64,000 nucleotides of DNA from an uncultured virus (IMG/VR IMGVR_UViG_3300030333_006991) (Duplodnaviria; Heunggongvirae; Uroviricota; Caudoviricetes). The position numbers and the translations under genes are program-made. Of the stretch, positions 26,868-35,640 are shown piece after piece (positions within the stretch are counted from its first letter, which is position 1; each line of letters starts with the position of its first letter). The DNA lies in IMG/VR virus record IMGVR_UViG_3300030333_006991. The stretch is one strand, 5' to 3'. The notes under the pieces were generated by a model, which saw only the letters and a program-made list of their open reading frames with translations, made no database searches and had not been told where the DNA came from.

Positions 26868-28406
26868 ATGAAATCTCTACTCCTATACAGCGATGATGCG
26901 TGGAATAATGACCGCACAGACAACTTTACTAACGCTGTGGTAAAGAAGGAATCGGAATTAACCGAAGAAGAAAGAGAAACATTTTACCCTTGTTCCATGT
27001 ATTTTGAAGTTGGAGCAACCGATGATACAGGATATGAAACACTTAGGATTGAAGAACAACCTATCAGTTACGATGGTCAGGATTTCAAGATGTTCGTCAT
27101 TACTATGAAAGGTCCTAACGGAGAAATTGCTACACAGAATTTCCCTAATCCTGAAACTATTGATTGCAGTAAGTTTGAATGGGCTAAAACAGGGTTTGGT
27201 GGCGAACAAGGAGACACCGTTAAATTCTGTCTAACGGGAGCGGAAACTTCCAATAAAATTGACCGTAAAAAGATTGAAGATTTCATTAGTAATAAAATAA
27301 CAAACATTCGTGGTGAAGAAGAGGAAGAAGAAGAAGATTCCGAAGCCGAATTCTATCCTGTTGGCGAAGGTCGCATCCTCGGAGATATTACAGCCACAAC
27401 AGAATACCAACCAATTGCTAACGCAGAAGAAATGGCTTCAGAGTATTCCGTTGAAAGAATCAATCCCACACCTGTTACAGGCAAGAACGATGTAAGGGCT
27501 GAAACCTTTGCTTCTGAAGGTTCTTGCACAAAATGTGCAGAAACCTTTGCAGCCTGTGGGTGTTCAAGTGAAACCATGAACACGGAAGCCAATCCTGAGG
27601 TTGCTGATGTGTCGTTGTGGGATGATATGAGTATGCCTGAAGGAACAGGAAATATTGTTGGTCAAGCAACGCCTGAAACGGATTTCACTCCTTTTAGCGT
27701 TTCCGCAGAAACCTTCAACAGTAGTGTGCAAACTTACGCTTCTCACGCTGTTCCTCTTGGTGTAGGTTCCGTCATGGGTCAAGCAACTCCTGATACTGAT
27801 TTTACTCCTTTTGGAACAAGGGCAGAAAACTTCCATGCAGGGCGTTATGGAGTAACTGATAAACCTATTGAGGGATATTGGGGGGCAACCATTGACTCTC
27901 TGATTGCAGATTTGGAAGGATTCAAGATGTCTTACGGAGGTAATACTCCTGTGAAGATTCGGGCAGGTATCGGATGGAGTGGTGTTGGAAGTTATGATAT
28001 AGGTTTCCAAGAATACACAACAACCTTAGAGAAACTCAGTAAAGATGAATATGATGCAGATAGAGAAGAAATTAAGGCTGATTTGGATAGCGGAAAAGAA
28101 ACCATTAACGCTTTAGCCCTTGTAAAAGAGAATTATGACCCTCCTTATGTTTCCAAGTGGAACGCAGAAAACTTTGATGCGGAACAAGTTGTTCCCTTCG
28201 GAGTGGTCGGAAGTGGAAACGATTTCGGACAGAATCTTGCAGAAGATTTCAGCGCAGAATCTCGTCATGGCACTTGGGTAGGTCTTGGACTTGCTCTATT
28301 GGCAGGAATGGGAGCGAAGATGGCGTTAGACAGAATGGATAAAAAGGAAGAGGCTCCTGATTCGGAGGAACCCTCAGAAGAATCAGATGAGGCCCCTGAC
28401 GCATGA
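26868..28406 (+). CDS. FxAE-linker modular protein rich in PxGxG..G[QD] repeats, C-terminal TM
   Basis: RAETFASE, CAETFAA, SAETFNS, RAENFHA, WNAENFDAE, LAEDFSAE. Confidence 0.8.
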   Translation: MKSLLLYSDDAWNNDRTDNFTNAVVKKESELTEEERETFYPCSMYFEVGATDDTGYETLRIEEQPISYDGQDFKMFVITMKGPNGEIATQNFPNPETIDCSKFEWAKTGFGGEQGDTVKFCLTGAETSNKIDRKKIEDFISNKITNIRGEEEEEEEDSEAEFYPVGEGRILGDITATTEYQPIANAEEMASEYSVERINPTPVTGKNDVRAETFASEGSCTKCAETFAACGCSSETMNTEANPEVADVSLWDDMSMPEGTGNIVGQATPETDFTPFSVSAETFNSSVQTYASHAVPLGVGSVMGQATPDTDFTPFGTRAENFHAGRYGVTDKPIEGYWGATIDSLIADLEGFKMSYGGNTPVKIRAGIGWSGVGSYDIGFQEYTTTLEKLSKDEYDADREEIKADLDSGKETINALALVKENYDPPYVSKWNAENFDAEQVVPFGVVGSGNDFGQNLAEDFSAESRHGTWVGLGLALLAGMGAKMALDRMDKKEEAPDSEEPSEESDEAPDA

Positions 28407-28420
28407 GAGGGGGTTAAAGT

Positions 28421-29476
28421 ATGGCTCGACAAAAACTTAGCGCAGAATTTTTACAAAGCCTTTACAAACTGTTTGGTAAAGGTGCTTTAACAGACGCTCA
28501 ACAATTAGCCTTTCAACGAGGTGCTTTAGAAGCGATGCAGCAATCTGCTTCAAGACACTTAGGAGATTCGGCTCAACAAACGGTGCAAGACATCGCAGCA
28601 CAAGTGGCTCAAGTTAGTGGAGCGAATCAAAAAGCAAACACAAACACTTTGAAAAGCCTCTTGACGAATCTACATAGAGATGGTGGCGATGATGCAATCT
28701 ATGATTGGATGACTGTTATGGCAAAAGATACCACTCCTGATGGAAAGGCCAATTTCCGTCATTTAGTAGCAAACGCCCATGATGGGCAGTTGAAAAAGGT
28801 CTTTAGTGGTCTTGCCGACACAGGTGATGATTTGATACTGAAAGGTCGGCTCAAAGAAGTTATCCCTGCGGCAAAGGGTGTGGATTGGGATGATTGGGTT
28901 CCTCCACCTCGTAATGTAGCAGACCCGTCTACCATGACGAGAGAAGAGGCGAGGGCGTGGTTGGCAGCAGGACTTTTAGCAAGAGGTGTAGACCCTGCGG
29001 ATGATGCTGCCGTTAAAAGTTGGGCGGCCAAGTCCTTAGGTATTGCTAAGGGAGCAGCCGTTCCCGTCACTACGGCTTGGATTCTTATAGACCTTGCACA
29101 CGGTCTTACAGGTGCATCATACGCTGACTTGCTTCTAACTTTCTTCAATCCCTCAAGATTATTCGATACAGAGGATGGTGAAGAAGACAGACCACCTTCA
29201 TGTTCTATTACTAAATCTGCTTCCTGTTCCGTGACTAAAGATGATGGAACCGCTTACACCACTCAAACCGAGTGTGAAGATAATGAAGGGGTTTGGGATG
29301 AAGGTGGAGAATACACGACCAAAGCCGAGTGTGAAGACAACAATGGGGTTTGGGATGAAGGAAGCGATGGGAGTGGAAGCCTCCTTTCAACCTTAGGTTG
29401 GGTTCTCATCGGTTTAGTCGGTATTGTAAGCCTGACCTTTATCATGCGCCTCATCAGTATGATGACGGGCAGATAA
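28421..29476 (+). CDS. membrane protein with YTTxxECEDNxGVWDEG tandem repeat
   Basis: Helical N-terminus, two-copy Cys repeat, terminal TM. Confidence 0.75.
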   Translation: MARQKLSAEFLQSLYKLFGKGALTDAQQLAFQRGALEAMQQSASRHLGDSAQQTVQDIAAQVAQVSGANQKANTNTLKSLLTNLHRDGGDDAIYDWMTVMAKDTTPDGKANFRHLVANAHDGQLKKVFSGLADTGDDLILKGRLKEVIPAAKGVDWDDWVPPPRNVADPSTMTREEARAWLAAGLLARGVDPADDAAVKSWAAKSLGIAKGAAVPVTTAWILIDLAHGLTGASYADLLLTFFNPSRLFDTEDGEEDRPPSCSITKSASCSVTKDDGTAYTTQTECEDNEGVWDEGGEYTTKAECEDNNGVWDEGSDGSGSLLSTLGWVLIGLVGIVSLTFIMRLISMMTGR

Positions 29477-29481
29477 GAAAT

Positions 29482-30516
29482 TTACGCTTGCCCTTCGGAC
29501 GACTTAACGCCATCCAAAATAGCCATCGCTTCTTTGTAACGATTGCGAATGGTGACTTCAGTGATTTCCAATTCACGGGCGATTTGCCTTTGCGTTCTGC
29601 GCTCATTACATTCCACACAAGAGATGTAAATACAAGCCGCTACAATACCAATCGGGTTTCGACCTTGATTCATTCCTCCATTGAAACAAATATCCATCAA
29701 TTTAGAAGCACGATTACGAACCTCTAAAGATAGATTCAAGGCTCCAATATACCTATCCAAGTATTGGTCAGGAGAAGGAGGGCGCATTTTCTTCAATCGC
29801 ACGATGTTCTTCTTGAGTGTGTTGTAGTTACGAGCAATTTCCTTGCGCCCTGTTCTTGTTAAGTCAGCAATCTCATCGAGAGAACGAGGCACACCGACCA
29901 TACGGCAAGCCGTGTAAAGTGAGGCCGCAACCATTCCTTCAATGGAACGACCACGAATCAATTGCTTATCAACTGCATCTCGATAAACTCTTACCGCTTC
30001 ATTGTGAACGGATTTCGGAAGTCCTCCACGACTCACTACTCTTTCAATATCTCTCAAAGCAACTGCAAGGTTTCTCTCCTTATTCGTCACGGTTTGTTGA
30101 TTGATACGCTTCAAAATGAAACTCTTTCTGCGGGTTTCAGGAGAGGCTTCCATTGGATTAAAGGTAGTTGGCAACCCCTTGTCTGCATACAAATCAGAAA
30201 TAGGCGCACCGTAATGAGCGTTATCCACTGACGGGTCATCCGCACTGAATCTGCGAGTTGGAGCCGACATATCAATGACTACATTTTCGACACAATTACC
30301 ACAAGCCTTACAGAACACTTCGCCTCTTTCATCGTCTAATTGGAAATTATTTTGATTCGCTTCACCACATTCATCACAAGTGTAAATAGGGTCGCCCTTT
30401 GAATCAACGGCATGAAGACCATCATCCCATTCCGTTTCGTTTCCTCGACCTTTCATGGCCTCATCCCACATTCCATCATCATACACGCTTTCATTTTCGA
30501 TTTTATCTTCGCTCAT
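29482..30516 (-). CDS. tfb: archaeal transcription initiation factor B (TFB/TFIIB)
   Basis: Zn ribbon CDEC..ERGEVFCKACG, KERNLAVAL, LIRGRSIEGMVAASLYTACR, PRSLDEIA, GRNPIG, TEVTIRNRYKE. Confidence 0.95.
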   Translation of the reverse strand: MSEDKIENESVYDDGMWDEAMKGRGNETEWDDGLHAVDSKGDPIYTCDECGEANQNNFQLDDERGEVFCKACGNCVENVVIDMSAPTRRFSADDPSVDNAHYGAPISDLYADKGLPTTFNPMEASPETRRKSFILKRINQQTVTNKERNLAVALRDIERVVSRGGLPKSVHNEAVRVYRDAVDKQLIRGRSIEGMVAASLYTACRMVGVPRSLDEIADLTRTGRKEIARNYNTLKKNIVRLKKMRPPSPDQYLDRYIGALNLSLEVRNRASKLMDICFNGGMNQGRNPIGIVAACIYISCVECNERRTQRQIARELEITEVTIRNRYKEAMAILDGVKSSEGQA

Positions 30517-30547
30517 TTCACTCGCCTCAATAGTCAAATAGGGGCTC

Positions 30548-30644
30548 TCGGTATTTAAGTGTTACGCTTTCTTCATTAAGCACAACCTTCAATTTCGCAC
30601 CCCTACATTACTACAATAAGGGTCAGCGCATTTAAGGCTTTCGG
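30548..30644 (-). promoter_or_regulatory. two tandem canonical BRE/TATA-like boxes upstream of tfb
   Basis: Reverse strand GTAACAC-TTAAATA (~30552-30565) and CCGAAAG-CCTTAAAT (~30630-30644). Confidence 0.55.
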
Positions 30645-30697
30645 TGTTTTGCATCAGTAAAACGCCAATAAACCTCGTTTTCACCTTGCGCCACACC

Positions 30698-30943
30698 CTA
30701 ATCATCTACATTTTCTCTTGATTCCACACTTCTTATCTGATTGAAATAACACCAAAACCGTCCAAAACTCACCGCTCCTGTGTAACCCATTTCCGTATGA
30801 TACTCTTCTACATTAACTGCGGTATCTGATTCTGCTGCGGGGTCGTAAGGCGACATCGCAATAGAAATCGCTTCAATTACACCTGTCCTTCCCTTGTCGT
30901 CTGTTAAAACATCTCCTACTCGCAAAACTAAATCTTCCATCAT
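30698..30943 (-). CDS. small SH3-like hypothetical protein
   Basis: LRVGDVL..GRTGVIEAI; BRE/TATA CCGAAGG-TTTTATTA upstream (~30980-30994). Confidence 0.65.
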   Translation of the reverse strand: MMEDLVLRVGDVLTDDKGRTGVIEAISIAMSPYDPAAESDTAVNVEEYHTEMGYTGAVSFGRFWCYFNQIRSVESRENVDD

Positions 30944-31016
30944 ACCGCTCGCCCCTGTTTACTGTGAAGAGGTCGGCAGTAATAAAACCTTCGGTTATTC
31001 GGGTCTAAAATGGCGA

Positions 31017-31030
31017 GCATTCTTATAGTC
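31017..31030 (+). promoter_or_regulatory. GCATTCTTATAGTC promoter motif
   Basis: 30 nt before ATG 31060. Confidence 0.8.
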
Positions 31031-31059
31031 CTTCTGATTTATTGTAGTGAGGGTTCACA

Positions 31060-31674
31060 ATGGATTTGGATAATGCAATCTCAAACAGCCTCCAACCAAC
31101 GCCTATCGAGAAGGCCAACCGAGGAGCGCAAATGTCGTTAGGACAACATTACAATATTTACACTTCCTCCGTCTTGAATCCAAGCCCTGAACAACAAGTT
31201 ATTCTACAACAAGTAAAGTCACCCGTTCCGAAACCTAAGTTTCACTATGACGAAACTCGCAGCCTACCTAAGCAATCATGGTCATTCGGGCCTTACCATC
31301 TTGAATACGATGGCAACAACTACATTTTCAGTGAAACAGTGGAAGAACCGTTTTTGTTTATCTTCCGTAGAGAGCGATTGGTCGGTATTTACAAGATTGG
31401 TGGACATTATGCAGCCAACGCTTTTATGACTTGGATTGACGACTCTAAAATGAGTCCACAAGTGAAAACTTATTTCTCTAATGCCGTTGCCGCTCACAAC
31501 AACACTCACGAAAAGGCTCGACAAACTAAAAGTCCATTGGCTGATACTTTCCAAGAAGTGCAAACTTCAGACGATATTTTCACAGGAGTAGACCCTACGG
31601 GACTCGTTAATTCAGATTTCTTTGGAACCCGTTATCAATGGGGCGATTCCGTAGAACACCTTCCTGACCTATGA
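31060..31674 (+). CDS. hypothetical protein
   Basis: 204-aa ORF after the promoter motif. Confidence 0.7.
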   Translation: MDLDNAISNSLQPTPIEKANRGAQMSLGQHYNIYTSSVLNPSPEQQVILQQVKSPVPKPKFHYDETRSLPKQSWSFGPYHLEYDGNNYIFSETVEEPFLFIFRRERLVGIYKIGGHYAANAFMTWIDDSKMSPQVKTYFSNAVAAHNNTHEKARQTKSPLADTFQEVQTSDDIFTGVDPTGLVNSDFFGTRYQWGDSVEHLPDL

Positions 31675-31705
31675 CTTATACAGTAGGTGTCGCCAACATA
31701 GATAC

Positions 31706-31840
31706 ATGGGCAAAAGAGGGCGATTTGAAAGGTGGTTAGACAGACATAATCACAAAATGGAGTTAATTAGAACATTCGGTTCTCTAATCGCTTCTGTTAC
31801 AGGCTTCTTAGTGTTTCTCAAAGTATTCTCATTTATTTGA
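31706..31840 (+). CDS. 44-aa single-TM protein
   Basis: Read manually: MGKRGRFERWLDRHNHKMELIRTFGSLIASVTGFLVFLKVFSFI. Confidence 0.55.
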   Translation: MGKRGRFERWLDRHNHKMELIRTFGSLIASVTGFLVFLKVFSFI

Positions 31841-31911
31841 GTGAAGCCTCATATAACAGGTGTCCTTCATAAGGGTGTTACCCGAAGGGTGTAAACAAGG
31901 AGGTGAACAGC

Positions 31912-32025
31912 ATGAAATGTCCCAATTGTGGCAGATATTTTAGTTGGAGTCCCAAGATGACTTTGTTCTGTTCCGATAAATGTTACGAAGAATACAGTAA
32001 AGCCACTTCTGAAGAAGATAACTAA
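31912..32025 (+). CDS. 37-aa Zn-finger protein (CPNC..FCSDKC)
   Basis: Strong SD GGAGGTGA; read manually. Confidence 0.65.
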   Translation: MKCPNCGRYFSWSPKMTLFCSDKCYEEYSKATSEEDN

Positions 32026-32061
32026 GCACAGGTTTATTTCCTTTGTGTGCTTAATGAGAGT

Positions 32062-32259
32062 ATGGTATCTTTTAGATGTAGAGATTGTGAAGAGTGGGTT
32101 GAGTCACCACAACAAGTGAATGCGTGGAACAACTGTTCCTGCCAACAACTTTATGTTCAAACACAAGCCTCAGGCTACAAGGTTCACGGAAAATACATCG
32201 GCTTTTGGAATCCTGTAAAGAACCTACACTATGAATACGATTCACCACGGGGCTATTGA
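32062..32259 (+). CDS. small Zn-ribbon protein
   Basis: CRDC..CSC. Confidence 0.55.
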   Translation: MVSFRCRDCEEWVESPQQVNAWNNCSCQQLYVQTQASGYKVHGKYIGFWNPVKNLHYEYDSPRGY

Positions 32260-32399
32260 GCCCCCTTTTCCATAGAGTCATATACTATCCGACCTCGATA
32301 GGGGTATGGTGGTTGGGTTCGTTACTTTGTCTTCTTTACATAGAGGGCGAATGCTTAAAGACAATCCACTGTTAGTGATGAGGAAGAACAGGTGAAAAA

Positions 32400-32645
32400 A
32401 TGGTGCAACCTTTTAGTATTACCCCTTGCGAGGAAATGGTGTGTGTAGATGATGCTCTTGCGGCTCAGGCGGCTATCGAAAAGGAAATTGTTCGCCTTCA
32501 GGAACAGGTTACGGCTTTGAGGAAAAAACAGATAGAGTATCATCGGGTGGCTCATCAACTTTGCGAACAGCATGAATACGAGCGTTCACCTTACGACCCT
32601 TATTCTCCTTTGTTTTGTGTTCATTGTCGCCATCAAAAGCATTAA
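32400..32645 (+). CDS. small coiled-coil/Zn-finger protein
   Basis: SD GGTGA; CEQH..CVHC. Confidence 0.6.
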   Translation: MVQPFSITPCEEMVCVDDALAAQAAIEKEIVRLQEQVTALRKKQIEYHRVAHQLCEQHEYERSPYDPYSPLFCVHCRHQKH

Positions 32646-32676
32646 ATGGTTTCTGCCTCACATGATTTTGATTAAC

Positions 32677-32997
32677 ATGGTAGATGTAGCACTTATTTTA
32701 GTATCGCTTGTGTTTGGTATCGCTATGGGTTTCATGGTTCGTTATTTCACAGGAATCTACGAGGCTCAATTCACGATTACTGATAAATTGATACACAAGG
32801 TTAATGATTTGCGGAACGAAGTGGCTGAAATACGAGGTCATAGTAAAGAATTAGTGGATGATTTTGATATTACAGGGAATGAAGTTATGCAACACATTAG
32901 AGATGACGACTCTGAGAGGACACATATTCTCGGAGGTTTCGTGCAAGGAGATGCGGTTTGTGCAGATGAGTGTTGGTGTAATGGAGAGGAGGAGTAA
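32677..32997 (+). CDS. single-TM coiled-coil protein
   Basis: Hydrophobic N-terminus from MVDVAL. Confidence 0.6.
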   Translation: MVDVALILVSLVFGIAMGFMVRYFTGIYEAQFTITDKLIHKVNDLRNEVAEIRGHSKELVDDFDITGNEVMQHIRDDDSERTHILGGFVQGDAVCADECWCNGEEE

Positions 32998-32999
32998 AC

Positions 33000-33230
33000 A
33001 TGATGGAAAGTATTTGGAACGATGGATTGACTGAGTTAGGAACGCACACTCTTCTTTTCGGGCTTTTGTTCATGTTCTGTGGTAATGCGTTTTGGTCACG
33101 AATTGTTAGAGCAAGAAACTCACGACTTTTAGCAGGGCTTGTAAACGAAGTTTCCGCTATGGAAGAAGAAGTGGCTGCGGTGAAGGCGTGGGCTAAGGAT
33201 TTCTACGAATACATTACTCAATCCAAGTGA
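33000..33230 (+). CDS. small membrane protein
   Basis: SD GGAGGAG; TM segment. Confidence 0.6.
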   Translation: MMESIWNDGLTELGTHTLLFGLLFMFCGNAFWSRIVRARNSRLLAGLVNEVSAMEEEVAAVKAWAKDFYEYITQSK

Positions 33231-33234
33231 TACT

Positions 33235-33462
33235 ATGACGCCTGAAAATAAAAAGTCCTTGTGGGCATACATACGCAAGGCGGGAGATAACTTAGACGGT
33301 AAATTACCTCAATCTCCTCGTCACCCCAAAGGTCGGAACCCTTATGCACACATCGCTAAGTGTATCAAATCTAAATATGGGCGTTCTTATGGTGAATTAT
33401 CAGATGATGACTATGATGATGTGGTTCGCTTTATTGATTATTTAGTGGAGAATCCTTTTTGA
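33235..33462 (+). CDS. conserved-looking small hypothetical protein (HPKGRNPYAH)
   Basis: 75-aa ORF within the operon. Confidence 0.65.
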   Translation: MTPENKKSLWAYIRKAGDNLDGKLPQSPRHPKGRNPYAHIAKCIKSKYGRSYGELSDDDYDDVVRFIDYLVENPF

Positions 33463-33471
33463 GGTGAGTGT

Positions 33472-33666
33472 ATGGAGGATAAGTGGGTCGTGATTGGAGT
33501 AGTCGCAGGTGTTGTTCTATTATTTTTTGTTATCATGGTTACATTGAAATTAAGAGAAATGATTTCAGCATTAACTTTGGAGAACCTTTCTCTCCATGAC
33601 CAAACCTTTGTTGTGGAAGAAGAGCCTCCCGATATACGCAGATTAAATCCTTATCGCAAATATTGA
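33472..33666 (+). CDS. small single-TM protein
   Basis: SD GAGGTGA. Confidence 0.6.
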   Translation: MEDKWVVIGVVAGVVLLFFVIMVTLKLREMISALTLENLSLHDQTFVVEEEPPDIRRLNPYRKY

Positions 33667-33672
33667 TAAGTT

Positions 33673-33861
33673 ATGTGTGTGTATAGTGAAATGGTGAAAA
33701 ATATGGAATGTCCAACTTGTGGGTGGGGTGTGCGAGTAATCAGAGAATATGAAGAGAACGGTATGGTTGTAGGCATTTATGAGTGTCGTGAAAGTTGTCC
33801 TACTCAGATTAGAGTGGCTTCTCCTATTGAGTTTATGCGCCAACTGAATAAGTGGGAGTGA
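33673..33861 (+). CDS. small Zn-ribbon protein
   Basis: CPTC..C.ESC; start uncertain. Confidence 0.5.
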   Translation: MCVYSEMVKNMECPTCGWGVRVIREYEENGMVVGIYECRESCPTQIRVASPIEFMRQLNKWE

Positions 33862-33867
33862 ATGAAA

Positions 33868-33881
33868 GCATTCTTATAGTC
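33868..33881 (+). promoter_or_regulatory. GCATTCTTATAGTC promoter motif
   Basis: 26 nt before ATG 33907. Confidence 0.8.
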
Positions 33882-33906
33882 GGTCAGACGAATAAGTTTG
33901 ATTCAC

Positions 33907-34707
33907 ATGGCGATTAAGGAAACCGTATCAGATGTAGGCTCAACTGTTGAAACAGGAGCCCGTGACTTAGTGAGCATCCCTTCTCTACTCGGAGTAGCGG
34001 CTGTTTTATCTTCAGGTGCGGTGATTTCTTCTTACATGGGATTGTTCGGTAAGCGCACTCGTCTTGTTCGTATGACCGCTCTTGGTGTTCTTGCATCTTC
34101 TCTCGTAGGATATGCCGCAACAGGCGCAAGAGGCTTCACAGGAGATATGCGAACAGGGGCTCAGGCTTTTACTGCAACTCTTGGTTTGATGGCTTTTGCT
34201 CAACTTGTTAGAGATTTAATGCAAGGTGGACTTCCGAAGATTGAGTTTGGTTCTGAAGGAGAGATTTTGAATGAGCCTTCAGGTGATGGAAGAATTATCG
34301 GACAGCAAACTGCAACTGAATCTTTTACACCAATCGCTGAAGACCCTGTGCCTAATGATATTCTACTTGAACAAAAGGAATACCGCCATAAATATGATAC
34401 AGTAGAGTGGCGTGACCTCGGACAATACCAACCTTTGGATAGCCACCGTTCTGATATTGGTCATGCACCTCCTGTTTGGATGGCTGAAAAGGTTCCTTCT
34501 GTTTCACAACAACCTTTAGAGGCTAACGCTTCAACGATTAGTCCAACAGGAGTTTCTCAAACTGTATACAACGAATGGATTCGACCATCTGTTACTATGG
34601 GAAGTGCATCACCAAGCGGTCATGGAGTGATTGAATGGTGGGGTGCAGAAAGAATGGGTAACAATGTTCAGGCTGCTGACGGCTTCGGTTCTGTTATCGG
34701 ACAGTAG
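33907..34707 (+). CDS. multi-TM virion membrane protein with PSGDGRIIGQ module
   Basis: Three N-terminal hydrophobic helices; FGSE, WMAE, WGAE. Confidence 0.75.
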   Translation: MAIKETVSDVGSTVETGARDLVSIPSLLGVAAVLSSGAVISSYMGLFGKRTRLVRMTALGVLASSLVGYAATGARGFTGDMRTGAQAFTATLGLMAFAQLVRDLMQGGLPKIEFGSEGEILNEPSGDGRIIGQQTATESFTPIAEDPVPNDILLEQKEYRHKYDTVEWRDLGQYQPLDSHRSDIGHAPPVWMAEKVPSVSQQPLEANASTISPTGVSQTVYNEWIRPSVTMGSASPSGHGVIEWWGAERMGNNVQAADGFGSVIGQ

Positions 34708-34862
34708 GTGGGCTCTTTGCCCCCGAATGATAATTCAGAAGATTCTCTGAGTTTAACTGATTCTTTTCTCTTGATAACTGCTCTTATAGTGGTTCCGTAT
34801 GCTGCTTTTTCACTATATGGTTTTGGAAAATATCTTGCGACTCGGTAAGGGTGGAAATGCAA

Positions 34863-34876
34863 GCGTTCATATAGTC
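34863..34876 (+). promoter_or_regulatory. variant promoter GCGTTCATATAGTC
   Basis: Variant of the motif ahead of the capsid-like gene pair, with a longer leader. Confidence 0.6.
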
Positions 34877-34943
34877 AAAAAAGTTGAGTAATATCAGAGT
34901 CGCTGAAAACGACACGATAAAAAATAAAATGGAGATGAAGAAA

Positions 34944-35597
34944 ATGGCGATGAGAAGTCAAATTTATGAATGGAGCAACCTCGCCCCTAATGGGACAGGT
35001 TCAACACTACAACGAAGAGCAGGAGATATGCCTGTTGCTATCACACAAGGGCAGCAGTTTAGTATCTTTACAGGTAGCATTGGTTACAACTGCACAAAGC
35101 CCGCAGAGACAACTGCTACGCAGTTTGTCGTAATCGAAGATATTGCTTGCACACCTGCTACACAGTCGGCTGACCCAAAGTTGGCAAACGAGAATGGTGG
35201 AGCGGTTCAAGTAAGAATCAACACAACTGAATACTTCCAAAACCCTGATGTAACTGCTATGGCAGGTGTTACAGGAATGGCAAGTCCTTACCCAAGAGGT
35301 ATCGCTGTGACTACTCCTACTGCAACTAACCTACTAAAGTCCTTCGACCTTTACCCTGATGTATATGTTCTACCAGGTCAGGTTTGGGATGTCCTTTACA
35401 CACAAGAGGGAGGAACCCTATCAGCCAACACTACTTCCTGTGGTGTCGCTGTATTCGTCAAGTATACACTTTACGATGGGCCTGACGCTCTAATTGCTAA
35501 CAAACTTCTTGAATTGGGTATCACCGTAAACCCTGCGAATGTTGATTGGTATAAGAGAACATTGATTGAACAGCAAATGGGCGGAGGTATGGCTTAA
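34944..35597 (+). CDS. putative major capsid protein 1 (beta-rich, possibly single jelly-roll)
   Basis: Paralogue of the next gene; alternating beta-strand pattern and C-terminal helix DALIANKLLELG; no TM. Confidence 0.55.
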   Translation: MAMRSQIYEWSNLAPNGTGSTLQRRAGDMPVAITQGQQFSIFTGSIGYNCTKPAETTATQFVVIEDIACTPATQSADPKLANENGGAVQVRINTTEYFQNPDVTAMAGVTGMASPYPRGIAVTTPTATNLLKSFDLYPDVYVLPGQVWDVLYTQEGGTLSANTTSCGVAVFVKYTLYDGPDALIANKLLELGITVNPANVDWYKRTLIEQQMGGGMA

Positions 35598-35640
35598 TCG
35601 GCCACCCGTTTTAGGAGATAAAAAATAGGAGATGAGAAAT

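Noticed and set aside
6989..28406. Linker-bounded modules as inteins or DGR variable regions
   Set aside because: No C/S...HN intein ends, no reverse transcriptase, and no adenine-specific TR/VR pair seen
34705..34848. Amber readthrough adding a TM to the 33907 gene
   Set aside because: The downstream frame is open, but an independent small membrane ORF with an AGGTG SD explains it equally well; other TAG codons act as normal stops
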